Shown: positions 20,231 through 33,718 of the stretch, in pieces | Layout of the letters: each line of letters opens with the position of its first letter | How positions within the stretch are numbered: position 1 is the stretch's first letter | Source: Amoebidium appalachense | Taxonomy: Eukaryota > Protista > Ichthyosporea | Assembly (NCBI GenBank): GCA_963693365.1 | Contig: CAVNZM010000012.1 | Coordinates: forward strand, 8,746,001-8,810,000 | Reading direction: 5' to 3' | DNA length: 64,000 bases | Notes under the pieces: generated by a model | The model's input: only the letters and a program-made list of their open reading frames with translations | What the model was told of the DNA's origin: nothing | Databases searched by the model: none | Position numbers and translations under genes: made by a program

Positions 20231-20574
20231 GTGGGATATCCCAAAGACATGACGTTTGCAGTGGCATGCGCAGTGTGATTTAACAGGTACTGTAGCCAGT
20301 GAGTGTAGGTGTTCACTATGAGTTCAAACAACTTGAATCCAATTATTCAATTAATTCATTCGGAACTGTCTTCGTACATATTGCAAAAGGAGCAGTGATA
20401 AGTGTAAATAGCTCATTATGATATCTAAGCCCAGATACATAGAAATAGGTGCGGGCCGGCCACTGGTACAATGATTATTCTTGCCTGTCAAATATGAAAG
20501 GGAGGCTACTTCGTATTCTGATGCATAGAAGACATGGGGGCCGATGCTGACCAAAAAATACATCCCCCCCCCCC

Positions 20575-20605
<31 letters not shown>

Positions 20606-20750
20606 CACCACCACCCAATATATCTCCGGTTTTTAAAGTACAGTATGCGTCCACGCATAACATATCGCCCCGACAAGGGTCGAGGTCGTTATGTTAAATT
20701 TTAATTAGTATCTAAAAATAGGCTCCCAGAGCCCGTCTCGATTATGTTAC

Positions 20751-20787
<37 letters not shown>

Positions 20788-21099
20788 CCCGCCCTCCCGC
20801 CCGCCCAGGAGGCCACACTGGGCCTCTCCATCGGGCGGGGAATCCGCAAACCGCTAAATGACATAAATATAGTAGTAAACAAATAATAAATTGATCAAAA
20901 ACCCAAAACACCAACAAATACACCCCCCACACACACCCGGCCGGCCTGTTCTGACTGCCGGAACACACACAGACCCGGTGTGCCCTGTAAAACCCACCTT
21001 TTAGTCCACAAAAACATCGCCACAACATACGTACAACAACACATAATGTTAGGCAGCAACCCCCCACCACCACCACCACCACACCCCATCATCCACCCA

Positions 21100-21435
21100 T
21101 ACCCACCGTAAATATTATACACAACACCTAGGCCTTCCCAATACTGTAGATCGACCAATGAGAGCCCTCGGTTAACGTTTATTGCTAGGTTTTGAATGGA
21201 GGGGAGGACTGGAGCCTCCTGCCGGCGTGGCTGGGGTAGTAGCCCTGGGCAAAGTGTGTACTTATAGTTAGGTTGTGAAGGATGGTTTAGCTTAGCTGAA
21301 CTCATAGATAGCACCTTAACTAGTGTACTGTCGGTGCTGTGTGGTAGACGGTAGTTTCCCTAGAGGGCCTGAAAAGGCCCTCCGGGAACAAAACGTGATA
21401 AAATAAAATAAAATAAAAAAATAATAATAATAAAC
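21100..21435 (+). mobile_element. Probable 3' end of a LINE/SINE: stem-loop plus A-rich tail
   Basis: gagggcct-gaaa-aggccctc hairpin (about 21363-21382) enclosed by ttccc/gggaa, followed by (taaaa)n(taa)n. Confidence 0.5.
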
Positions 21436-21593
21436 TGATCAAATGAATGAATAAACAAAGAATACTTATACTAGTTCCTTTTTGAGATGGTGAAAAAAAA
21501 AAAAAGGGAAATTCGGGAAAAAAAAAAAACTTTGAAAAAAAAAAAAAAAAAAAAGAAGCTGAAAGCGTGAAAGCCTATGTGTGTGTGTGTGTG

Positions 21594-21664
<71 letters not shown>

Positions 21665-21840
21665 AAATCTAAATCAATACTTGAAAGTCTAGCATTTAGT
21701 ACATCAAGTCCCCCCCCCACCCCCCCCTCCCCTCCTCCCCAACCCGCTAAATAAGTAAATATAGAGGAAATCAATAAGTATTTGATTCAAATAATAATAA
21801 AAACATACTAAATTTTTTCAAGGGGACCAAACCAAAAAAG

Positions 21841-21878
<38 letters not shown>

Positions 21879-21959
21879 CAACTCATACAAACAAGGACGT
21901 ACTAGTCTTTCTGCTCCCTCACACCTTACTCTCACACCACGAATTTGGCACCACACACC

Positions 21960-22328
21960 TACACGAGTAAGAGGCAACCCCTCCCCCTTCGCCTCATACA
22001 AATCCGTATTCAGGGTTTCATCAAGCTCCAAACCATTACCGTAACTCACACGGAAAAGACTCAGCGATTCCGCGCGTGTGGGGGCTCTGCGGCTCTCTAA
22101 ACTCTCCATGTGCGAGCGCAATTGTGCTTTTGCCGTTTCGGCTTGTGCAATTGCACGTGTGGTTGCGTTGTTGATTGTGTTGTTTGCGTTTACAAAACCC
22201 TCAGAAATGATTGCTTGGGCTTCTTGGGTAGTTTCCTGAAACTTGTCTGTGGCCTCATTTACTGTGTGCAGTGCACTATTCAACGCCCCAAGTGCAGCTG
22301 CCTGCACCTGGACTACTGGCTTGGTCAT
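21960..22328 (-). CDS. Hypothetical protein with Ala/Gln/Thr/Asn-rich predicted coiled coil; probably a first exon
   Basis: About 120 complex codons from the ATG at 22328 (ALNSALHTVNEATDKFQETTQEAQAIISEG...). The ORF runs into GT-rich intron-like sequence below about 21960; downstream exons were not found. Confidence 0.5.
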
Positions 22329-23170
22329 GATCGGTGGGTTTAATATGCATTCAACCTGCCTATATGACTAGGATGTAAAAACTAGCTATACAAGACTGCT
22401 TCGAACTAGTTGGGGCCTTCGTATGTTTCTGCTCGTTTATCGACATAGTCGGCCACATGAGTCCTTTGCATGCATACCATGCGATGTGCGGCCGCCGCCT
22501 ATCATTGGCCCTGGCGAGCTTTGGGCGGTCGTTGAAATCACGGCGAACCACTGTTTTATCTGGGAAAGAGATCGAAATACTAAACATAGGGGGTCTAAAC
22601 TGACCAGATAAACCCGATTACTCGTCCTACTATGTATAGGACCCCTTGGTGCGCTAACATAATCCCGAAAAATGACCGAGGTCAGTATGTTAAGATTTTT
22701 GAAAATCGGCGTCGACGTTATGTTGTGCGTGGAGTATGTTATGCGTGGACGCATACTGTAGAATGTGTGTGTTAACCACATCACAGTGAGTGTATGTGCC
22801 TGGTTGCAATAACTGCCAAGAATACGAAGTTCGCTCCGGCATTTTATGATCTTTCGTGTTTGAAAATTCAACCCCCCCCCCCCCCCCCCCCCCCAACGCT
22901 TTTGCAGTGACTCCTTCCAGTAGGTTCCTTCAGCCCCCACAACCCACCTACAATTCTCCCTAGATCCGGCAGCTTTTTTCAATTTGTGTAAGATTAAACC
23001 CCCACTGCGTTTATGTGTTTGTTGAGACCTTGCTTGCTTGTGATGTAAATTAATTTAAAAGGGAGCCCGGTTCCAATCTGCGGGCAGTAAAATGTTCAAA
23101 GCTGCACCGGTTTTTTCATCTCCATTTCATCGTAAGCCACTCTGGGGCTGGGCGGGGGAGGGTGGTGGGG

Positions 23171-23223
<53 letters not shown>

Positions 23224-23349
23224 GAGGGGGGGGGGGGGGGGGGGGGGGGAGAGGGGGGGGGGGGGGGGGGGGGGGGGAGGGGGGGGGGGGGACGCAGGGG
23301 ACCAAGCTCATATGCCTCAGGTCAGAAGGGCAAAATTGAAAGAACTTGG

Positions 23350-23850
23350 CGATGGTCGAAATGGGGAAGCCCGGGGAACGGGGGAGGGGATGGGAAGGGG
23401 GTTGGGGCGGTGGGGAGGGGAAAGGGAAAGAGGGGGAGGCGGGGGAGGGGGGGAGGATAGGATGGGTGAATTTGAAGACTGCGAGGGGAAGAAAAAGTGT
23501 ATATCCACCCTACCACAGAAATAATCTGGCGTTTAACCGATTGCATGAGACTGTACATGGGCTGATTGTCACACGTGACCAGATACAGGCACCATGCAGA
23601 CCTGAATGGCGGCCACAGCAATGGCTGATCAGTGGTGACGGGGTGCGTCTGTTTCAGCGGCTGGGTGTACGTGGGGGTCGGACCCTTTTCTCACATCTGA
23701 CTGTCTCAGAGAAACAGGAGTGGTGAACATGTACCAGGCAGCACACAAGCGGCATCTGATTGGGCCATGCAGGTCACCCGGCTGATTTTGGGCTGTGGCC
23801 ACAATATATTGCTACGGGTTAGCCCATGCTGCATTGTGGGACAGACTTAG
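23350..23850 (+). repeat. Dispersed repeat B, copy 4 (core 23773-23817)
   Basis: Same core; also shares the upstream tgcatgagact...cacgtgaccagat.caggcaccatgcagacctgaatgg block with copy 2. Confidence 0.9.
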
Positions 23851-24396
23851 AGCAACCCTCCTTAGTAACTTCTCCATGATTCCAGCAGCATGCTCATTGT
23901 AATCTATCCATAGCCATTCAGGGTTAGTGTCCACTACGGGTTTACACAACTCGAATGCAAACTGTTTACTGTGTTCGTGGTGCACAAGGAGTAGTATTTG
24001 CGTTAGTAGCACATAGCTAAGCCCAGTTAGTACATTACTTAGTAAGAAAAGCCAGACCCAACCATGATTATTAGCCACTCATTGAATATTCGAGGCGTGG
24101 GACGATCAATCCAATCCTTTATAATCAACTCTGCTTGCACTTTTCAGCCGGCCGCGGAAGGCTATAGGATAGTAGCGTACATAGGTCTTCGGATCTTTTT
24201 ATCCCCCCCCCCCCCCTCCCCCCCCCCCCCCCCCCTCCTCCCCCACCACCACCAAAAAAAAAAGGAAAAGGAACAAAAAAAAGAGAAAAAAAACAAAACA
24301 CTCCCAAACTCCTCCTCTTGTGACATGTCACTTCAATAAACCCACACACACAAACACAAACACAAACACACACACAAACACACACACACACACACA

Positions 24397-24461
<65 letters not shown>

Positions 24462-24529
24462 CCTTCCTTTCTCTCTCGTCTGAAATATTGTCGGGATTGG
24501 CCATGGCTAGGTTTTCCGTTTCTGCATGT

Positions 24530-24725
24530 CTGCGTTTTAGCAGCTGTGTTGGGGTGTGAAATTCCTATCACATCTGATTCATTTAGAGGACACTCTTAGC
24601 TCCACTGGCCTGCAGCAGTCAAGCTGCAATCATGATTTGTTCCATTGCAGGCCACCCGGCTGATTTTGGGTTGTGGCCACAATGTTTCGCTACGGGTTAG
24701 CCCATGCTTGATTGTGGGACGGGCA
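24530..24725 (+). repeat. Dispersed repeat B, copy 5 (core 24651-24695)
   Basis: Same core and flanks. Confidence 0.9.
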
Positions 24726-24954
24726 TTTAATAGGAGGTTTCCAATCAACCCCACTGAGACGCATGGGATGGGACATGTACTAGCCCCCCCAAGGCTTCCC
24801 CAGTCCCCCCCCCCCCCCCCCCCCTCCATCTCACCACCCGCCCGCACGCCCGCCAGCCCTTTCCCCCCTGCCCCCGGCCCCGTCTCCCCGTCTCTGTGAC
24901 ATGGGGGAGAGGGGCAGAACATGGGCACTTTTCACGATCGGAATTGCTTTGTGC

Positions 24955-24989
<35 letters not shown>

Positions 24990-26313
24990 CCCCCCTCCTT
25001 CCCCCCCCCCCTCCCCCCCTCCCCACGCCCCCATTTCTACACATGCGTGTAGCTATGTATATTAGATTGCACGGGTCTACGTAGGTGTGTGGGATATATC
25101 TGCAGGCATGTCGCGGGATGGGTGTACATGTAAAGAGCGGTAGTAAGCAAACCCGTGCGTGCCTGTGTGGCGTGTAGGGTGGGGATGTATGTGTGTATCT
25201 AAACTGTGTGTGCGTGTGTCCGTGGCTGCTGCTCTTGGGGTTGCGAGTTGCAAAAGGTCATGGCCTCTACGCGTTGAGGAGTGAATAGATTCATAGGTGA
25301 GTTAGAAATAAGTTCATGTGCTGAGGCGCGCTCGCCGATTCGCGAGCAATCGATATCGCCGAACTAATTATTGTTAGGGCAGCCATCTTGTGTGGTGTCG
25401 CACACCGCTAGCAGAGACAATTGTGCGTGCACCTTTTAGCGTGTGTGCGTGCGTGCGTGAGTACGTGTGTGTGAGCGGACGCGTGCCTGCGTGCGTGTGT
25501 GCGTATTTTCGTGTGTGTGGGTGTGGGTGTACCTGCATGTAACCTATGTGTTGCTGTAGCCGTAAATTTTCGTTACCCCTGCGAGATCCGTCGAGACCCC
25601 TCAGGGGGAAGTTTTTTTCTGCCTTTTCGCGTTATTACCATACGCAGTATAAGTTTCTTTCTCGTTCTGATAGAGAAATCAAAGGTAAAACTCAGTCGGC
25701 ATGTGTTATGTTCCTTAGGCAACACCGTACTGATCATTATCGCTTTTTGGGAGCATGGCAGGATACATTTCTCCTGCTGTACGTATGGATACCACCCTAG
25801 TAGATAAGTCTGTATGGTGCTCTGATGTTGATATTGCCTGGGAAGTTGTACAGCAGTGGCGCTGTAATCTTGTTTTCATCGCCGCTGGTGCCACTTTTGT
25901 GCTGACCTTTTTAATCGCAAGCATGTTGATAGGTGTGAGTTTTTATGTCGCGTTTTACCTCTTTCCCTACGGGTATCTGCTACACTAGCTGGCAATGTGA
26001 ACACCAGAGACTTTTTGTTGAATTCTGTTGGTCGTCACATTGAGTATTTATATGATTTTCACACAGTGTTCAGATATCTCAGTATGCACTTGTTACTGGA
26101 TAACTCGTGAAGTTTTTATTGTCTTCTCAGTATGCCGTTCATACTTGCATATCTTTCCGTCGAATAAATCCAGTCAAAAGAAAAGTTTCCCGCCCGTCGA
26201 CCTGCCGACGGTTTGAAACAGACTACGTATACTGTCAGACTACCAAATTTTAGCCGCGGCCGGCTTCGATTAGCCCCAAATCTCCACGCGTCAGTCCCCG
26301 CAACCATCTGACC

Positions 26314-26849
26314 ATGGGTGCCCTCGAGCTTTTGTCTGCTGTCCAGGATCTTGAAAAAAATGGACTATCCATGTTTGAGCGCTTTGTGGCCACGGCACAC
26401 GAGCTGTGCGAAAAAGAGGTCGGCATCAGCGCAGAGACAGAGGCACTGAAAAGAGACCGCACAAAGTTGAACGAGGACAGGTGGGTGGTCAAGCTGGGTA
26501 CCCTCCCCCCCTCTCCCCTTCCCCCCCCCTCCCCGCTCTCGCCTTACCCCATACACACACACACACACACACGCGCGCGCGCACACACACACGCACACGC
26601 ACACACACACGCACACGCACGCACGCACGCACGCACGCACGCGCGTACACACACACACACAAACGCACACACTATTAGCACAGCTCATCCCCCACATACA
26701 CATCTATTCCCCCTGGCCCTGCCTTCTCACACCGTCTTCCCCCCCCCCCCCCCCCCCCCCTTCAAAACCTTCCACCGATGGTCTCTCTTATCCCCTTGCG
26801 TGAATTCAGTGTCCCCCTTGCTTCCCCCGCCCATCCCCGCGCGCGCCCA

Positions 26850-26891
<42 letters not shown>

Positions 26892-28532
26892 ACGCCATCA
26901 CCCCCCTCCTCCTCCACAGATCTGTTCCTGCCTCCTCTCGTGTTTCTGGCATGATCATCCAAGTTTAAAAAACCAGTATACAGCTGTATTGCTTTAACCA
27001 ACACTTGCACTAGTACCGGACCATCCCCCCTCCCTGTTTTTTGTTTACAACGTACTGAAACATCTGACACGCCAAAATGGTCGTGTGTGTAAGTTCTCAT
27101 CGGACGATTCCTTTTTTTTTGCGGGTGCGCAGGGAGCGGTTTGCAGCGGAGTGCCAGTCTGTGTGTCGGCTCAACCAACAACTCACCGACCAGATTGTTC
27201 TCGACGTGGGCGGCCGCCGCTTCCACACCACCCGCCAAACCCTCTGCTCGGTGCCGGGCTCCATGTTGGCTGCCTGGTTCAGTGGCCGCCACGCCGTCCA
27301 AACCCAACCGGACGGCTCTGTTTTTATTGACCGGTCACCCCTTCTCTTTGAATATGTGCTCGATTTCCACCGGACAGGCGGAGTTCAACCGCTGATGCCC
27401 GGGGTTGAGAATGCCAAAGAACGGCTGCGGGATGAGTTTGAGTTTTTCTGTTTGCCGTGGCCCGGCGAAGAGCCGTCCATCGTGGACCTGTGCCGTGGGG
27501 AGCCCCAATGCATGGTGCTGGACACGGAATTAGACACCGACTTGGATCGTGATCATTTGGCAGTTTACTTGTCCTCGAGGCATAATCGGCTGTTGACGGC
27601 AGAAACGGGGCAGAGCTTTAAGTGTAAACTTTGGGACACTACGACGGGTAAGGTGCTGAGAACATGGCCGAAGGAGGACTACGATTTCGGAACCCTCGAG
27701 AAAATATCCATCGACCACCGCCAGACGTATGTGGTAGGCGTGTATAGCAAGGAAGGTGATGTCAAGACTGTCACCGCGGTCCTTTACAGCCTGGCCAGAT
27801 GGGATAATGGAAAAGTCGATGCCCGTGCATGCAAACGCAAGTCACGAGTGGGTTGCGCTCTTGCGCGGTGACACGTTAATACTAAGAACAAAGGACGAAA
27901 AAGTTATCTACGCGCACAGCATCACAACAGGCGTTGTACTCTGGCAGATGACACCTGATGCTGCAGACCCCACGGCATTCCCCGACGATGTTCAAGGCCA
28001 GCATAGTGATGAGGCGTTTGTTGGGGTTACACGGGGTCCAGGGAACCGATTCATCGGTGTCTACGACATAAACACCGGCACGGAACTGTATGGAAAGTGG
28101 AGCAAAAGGGATAGACAGACGCTGTGGCTATCGGGCAAGCAGCTCGGCTTGTTGAGTCTCAGCAAATCGTTCAACACTAATCGCAACATGGTCGTGTTTG
28201 AATCGTGGGATGAGAAGGGCGATGTTCTGGTTCCCGCAACCACGCTAATAACACCCAGTAGGGGCGAGAATGGTTATTCTTTGAGGTTCCACGGGCCTAA
28301 TGTTTTCTCGATGGCAACCAATACGGGCCTGAACGTGTATGTGCTGAAGCACCCAACCCCGTGTACTGTTGCTGTTGCAGAGTGTTTGATGTTGAATTTG
28401 CGCCAGAAAGATGAGAGGTGGTATGAAACGAAAATCAGTGGTACGGCTCTGGTGGCTTTAGGGTACGATGGAAAGGCAAGGGTTTGGTCATTGCCTAAAG
28501 ATCAATCTAGCAAGTGCAGGGGTCTCGAGTGA
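26314..28532 (+). CDS. KCTD-like BTB/POZ (T1 tetramerisation type) protein with N-terminal coiled coil and C-terminal beta-propeller-like region; frame break near 27794
   Basis: Exon 26314-26480 joins exon from 27133 (phase 2). Motif [32 protein letters not shown]...[20 protein letters not shown]...EFEFFCL. WD-like ends [25 protein letters not shown] and [11 protein letters not shown]. The reading frame changes between 27756 and 27871. Confidence 0.85.
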
Positions 28533-28639
28533 ACGGGTAAACCATATGGTTGCTTATTACACAATACATACACAAATATCATGAGGTGAGACCGGTAGAT
28601 TTTTTGATGTCGTTCTTGGGTTTACACTATTCGCGCTTA

Positions 28640-29625
28640 CTCTATTAGAGTTTCTTCTATTTTTAACCTTTTTATTTATTATGGTCATATGCAGCCCCCG
28701 CTGCCTTTTAGTAGGTTAATTTTCTAGACTGAGCCCGTCAAATAGACATGGCAGAAAGTTGCGACTGTATAATTTACAAACAAACTAGGGGGGTTTGTGT
28801 AATTTTCAAAGATTACAAAGACTGATAGTTGACGGCCACCATGTGCAGATGGCTTTAGCTTGGCGTTGTAATCGTTTCTTAATGTATACCTACAAGCCCA
28901 CCCAATGTACACGTTGCTCTGGTGCCTTTAGTCGGGGGTATGTATTTAGATATATGTGGTCTGTTCACGGGGGTACCGTCACCCAGACACCTTAGCCTCC
29001 TTTCGTAGATATGTAATTCATTTCCAGCGGAAACCCCCCACTTGGTTGGATTCTCTCTGATACTATATTTTCTTCTAAATATTAATCCGGCTAGTTTCAT
29101 TTGCTAGTTTTTTCCTTGTCCTTCTTTTCTAGGCTGCCACCCAAGTGACACATGGGTGTATAGCTATCCTGTAACTCCGGATAAATATGTCTCGTTTTAT
29201 ATATAATGACCGCCTTAACCATATTGCCAAATATGGCACTCGCAAATGTATAACACCTGAATACATATTGCCTTCCTGTAGAACTGGTCTTTCTCTAGCT
29301 GATGGTATTATTAATCAATTACCACGCTTTTACTGTACACGTGCTATACAGTGGAGATCTAATAAGTATAAGGTGGCATCGTTTGCATGGCCCAAACAAC
29401 ACACACACACACACCAGTTTAAACGGTCATGTATCACCAAATGTAGTTTGATAGACCACATAATACCGCAACACACACACGTCACATTCACAACAGACAC
29501 CCAGAAAGATAGCCTATCTGTAAATTACAACATCCTTGATTCTATACTAAACACGCGTAACTACGACCTGTTTATTAGATGTATTGATTGGCTTGAGAAA
29601 CACATCACTATGTACAAAATCCTAG

Positions 29626-29692
<67 letters not shown>

Positions 29693-29765
29693 CCAGCTGA
29701 TACCGAGTGTCCCAGGGGAGCCCCCCCCCCAAAAAATAAACTAAAATAATAAAAAATAAAAAAAC
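28640..29765 (+). mobile_element. Two decayed LINE C-terminal fragments ending in an A-rich tail
   Basis: ALAWRCNRF...QCTRCSGAFSRGY (about 28850) and RAIQWRSNKY...(about 29340) resemble each other and the WR..CxxC..H zinc-knuckle end of LINE ORF2. A-rich tail at 29731-29764. Confidence 0.4.
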
Positions 29766-29840
29766 GGGGAACCCCAACTAGTTGATTTTTCTTAGTCTTT
29801 ATGGTGTCTCGTAGAGAAAGTAAACCCTGATATATAGTCA

Positions 29841-30130
29841 TCACCCGACATCTATGGACGTGATCATGATATACCGCTGAGGGGATATTCCGAGCAAAAA
29901 CCCCCCATACCTGAGACTGGTATCTCTTTGCCTCGAGTAAACAGCGTAAACCCCATAAATATATATAGAGCTTGAGGGCCCCTGTGGCGCCCCTGAGGCT
30001 CGTCTAGTGTGTGGCCGTGCTGGAATTCGCACAAAGCCATACATGCACACGAAGGGCAGTGCTCCCTCTGTTGCCAAGATATAGACCGTGTAAATCTACT
30101 GCGAGAGTCCGGTTACGAAATTGCCCCTAT
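29841..30130 (-). mobile_element. Decayed AP-endonuclease-like fragment of a non-LTR retrotransposon
   Basis: IYGVYAVYSRQRDTSLRYGGFLLGISP resembles the APE-domain pattern IxGY....RxxR...GGVxIxI. Confidence 0.4.
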
Positions 30131-30344
30131 TGGGTGAGGGGGGTCTAACGTAGTGTGGTGGGGCTCTATAGGGTTTGGGGTGGTGGGGTGTGTCTGGTCT
30201 CCCATATCGTGTAGTGTGGTGGCGGCAATATCCGGTTTTTTTGAGATCCTTCCCCCTCCGGCCAGATGTCAGGGGACGGATATGATCATGCATAGCAGCC
30301 TCCCCCCCGCCCCCCCCCCCCCTCCCCCCCCTCCCCCCCCCCCC

Positions 30345-30518
30345 TGCACCACCGCCACCATTCCCCGTCCCTCATCCCACCTTACGCCCTCCCGTCCATC
30401 CGCCCCCCGCCCACCCACCTAACCCCCCCCCCCCCCCCCTTGCACCACCGCCACCATTCCCCGTCCCTCATCCCACCTAATACCCTCCCGTCCATCCGCC
30501 CACCCGCCCACCCACCTA
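30345..30518 (+). repeat. 96-bp tandem duplication bounded by poly-C
   Basis: tgcaccaccgccaccattccccgtccctcatcccacct at 30345 and 30441. Confidence 0.85.
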
Positions 30519-30684
30519 GCCTCTCCCCCCCCCCCCCCCTCCCCCCAATAAAGCCAGGCCATTTTTTTTTTACACTTTTGAATCTCGATAAATGAATGGG
30601 CACCATGCCAAACCCCAAACCGAAATCCCACCCAGAATGCTAGAGGCTTTGTTTCATATCGCTAGTGGGTGCATCCCCTCCTAT

Positions 30685-30717
<33 letters not shown>

Positions 30718-32264
30718 TCCCCCCCCCCCCCCCCCCCCCCCCCCCGGACCCATTTTATAGGTACACTCAGTAGTGGGAAATTTGCAGCCCCCCCACCCCC
30801 TCGTTGCTTTTCTAAAGCTGCATGTTTCACAAAGTGACTGTTACGTATAGTACACTGTATTACCCTGGCAGCTCACCCTCCTTTCAAATGTGATTTGAAG
30901 ATCGTGGTTAACATGTGGGTTGCATGGACAATATACTCGAGTAAGGCACTTAAAGTTACTGTTGTGCCAGAAAATGTAACCCCATCCCCCCTCCCCCCTC
31001 TCCCCCCCACCCCCGGGCGCGGGACCACCACCACCCACCCAACCAACCACCCTTTCTGCCCTCCCCCCCCCCCCCCCCCCCCCCCTCCCCCCCCCCCTTC
31101 AAACCAACAAAAAAAAAAAAACAAAAAAAAAAAAACGAATGTCAGCATGAACGACCACATGACACTGTGATCCGACATTGTAATATAGCCACACAAGTCA
31201 CTCAGTGATTGCTCTATCCCGGGTTGGTGCCACACAGACGCAAAATCACTGAACAAAGTAAAAACACATCTGTGCCCCCCCTTATTCGCTCCCCCCATTC
31301 CCCGCCCGCCCTTCCCACCCTGCTCCCGGTACTTTCACAACCTATTTCAGAATCTGAAGCACATTCGCCCTCCTCTCCCCCCTCTCCCCCCTCTGCCCCC
31401 CTACGCCTTGCCCAACAGCATTCCTCCGCGTAGAGAAGGGTAAGTATAGCGCATGTGTGTGTGTATGTGTGTGCGCGTGTGCGCGCGTGCACACGCATGT
31501 GTGGTGGCGTGCGTGTGTGCGTGTGTGTGCGTGCTTCCTTTTTTTTTTTTTGTCATTTTTCCTCTGAGTTGGGGGGTGATGTAGGGATGCAGCGAGGAGA
31601 GGGTTGAATTCGATGCAACCAGCACCCTAAGACCACATGACATGTATGCATCCGCTGCCGGTCACCGTGGCGCATGTTACAAGAACCCATTCAAAGTTTC
31701 ATACTACGTGCAATGGTTAAACCTATTGATGCCACGTGAAAACGGTAAAAAACTGGAAAGAAAAAACTAGAGCTGTTTTGGAAGACTTTGTTGTTGAAAG
31801 GACACGGGGCCGGGGGGGGGTGGGGGGTGGGGGTGGGGGGGGGGGGGGGGGGCAGAAAGCAGGTGGGTCCGCCGGGGGAGGGAGGGGGGAGGGGGGGAGG
31901 ATGGGCAAACGTTGGTAGCCCATAGTTTGTGGGAATGCGTTTTCGTCTCCCCCTTCAGCCCCTAATCACAAGCTGTAGTCATAAATATCTAAAGTTGGCC
32001 ATCGAATGGCATAGGACGCTCAGTGATCAACACATCCAGTCCCACAATCGCTGCAACGGCTTTCTGTGTTCATTTCCTAACTGATTGCACTCTCGTCAGT
32101 TGGGTGACCACCCAATCAAGTGCATAGCCTCTGTGCATGGCATTGACATCTACGTCAATTTCTCTTCGGAGCTGCCTGCAGCAGCCCCAGAGTTTAAGGT
32201 CGCCCATAACAAATAATGAAGACCTCTGGCACACTTTATGCTACCTCCCCCCCCCCCCCCCCCA

Positions 32265-32300
<36 letters not shown>

Positions 32301-33269
32301 AGCAACCCTAGCTCTGCACCCACTTATTTCACGTCTGGGTCTGGGTTTCAGCGGCTGTTTGAATGAGGGGGCGACCATACCGTTTCTTCTTAAGGACATA
32401 AGCACTGCAGCAGTCAATCACAAGCTGCAGTTGTTTGTTCCATTGCAGCTCTTTAGTCGCTGTTTCTAAAGATTATGAAAGATGAGATTACCTCCGGCAC
32501 TTTATTACCTTTTGTATTTGGAAAGTCCGACTCCCCCCCCCCCCATCCTAGTCATCCCCCCCCCCCCCCCCCCCCCCCCCCGGGTCCCCCTCCCCTCCCC
32601 CCGCTTTAGGGGTCGCCCTCAACCGATAAATTTTATAAATATATATCATGAATACATATAAACTTATGTAAATATATGTAAATATATATAAATCAGTAGT
32701 ACTGGTTGCGGGGCGACCCCTCTCTTCCCTCCCTCCCCCCCTTCTCTTACCCTTCACAGTGACTCCTGCCAGTGGGTTCATCCACATCACCCCCCTACCC
32801 TTCTCCCCTCCGACTGCCTTTTTCTATTCGTGTGAGAATGTTCCCCCACACTGGCCTTGTCTCTTTGTTACGGTGTTTGCTTGCTTGTGATGTGAAGGGG
32901 AGGCTGGCTCTATTAGCTGGCGCTGCTAAAAACTAAAAACTAAAAACTAAAAAAACTTAAAACTAAAAAAAGAACCTAAAATTCTCAAGCCCGCACATGC
33001 ACCTTTTTGTTTTCTCTCACTGACCTCCGTTAGTATTCTAATCCACCTGGCCTAGGGGGGGGGGGGGGGGGGGGGGGGGAGGGGGCTCACATGCCCCGGG
33101 TGGGTGGGGGGGGGGGGGGGGGGGGATCGTGGGGAGGGGGGAGGGGGGGGGGGAGGGGGGAAGACCAACCACATGCACGCGCCCGGATAGCTGGGGGGGG
33201 GGAGGGGGGAGGGGGGGGTTAACCCCAACTCATATGTTGCAGGGCACTAAGGGAAAAAATATATGGGTT

Positions 33270-33298
33270 GGCCGAAATGGGGAAGCCGGAGGAAGGGG

Positions 33299-33333
<35 letters not shown>

Positions 33334-33718
33334 GGGGGACGGGGGGGAGGGGGGATAGGGATATGGGATTCTAAGACTGCCAGCAGTCAGTGTGTCCACG
33401 ACACTCCATGCGGAAATATTATAGACTCAGCCCCTCCCTCCCCCCAAATACTATGTGTTTAACGGAAACAATTTAAATCTACCGCTTTGCCTTATGTGGT
33501 CAGCGGTGACGGGGTGGGTTAAACTATGCTGTTTTTCAGTGACTGGGTAGGGGGGTGGTCTGTTGCTCACATCTGACTGCCTCAGAGGAACAGTCTATGG
33601 TCAACAGCAGTCATGCAGCAATTAAGCTGCATCTGTTTGTTCCGTTGCAGGTCACCCGGCTGATTTTGGGCTGTGGCCACAATGTGTTGCTACGGGTCAG
33701 GCCATGCTGGATTGGGAC
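33270..33718 (+). repeat. Dispersed repeat B, copy 6 (core 33651-33695)
   Basis: Same core and flanks. Partial copies also at about 16860-16927 and 32340-32448. Confidence 0.9.
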
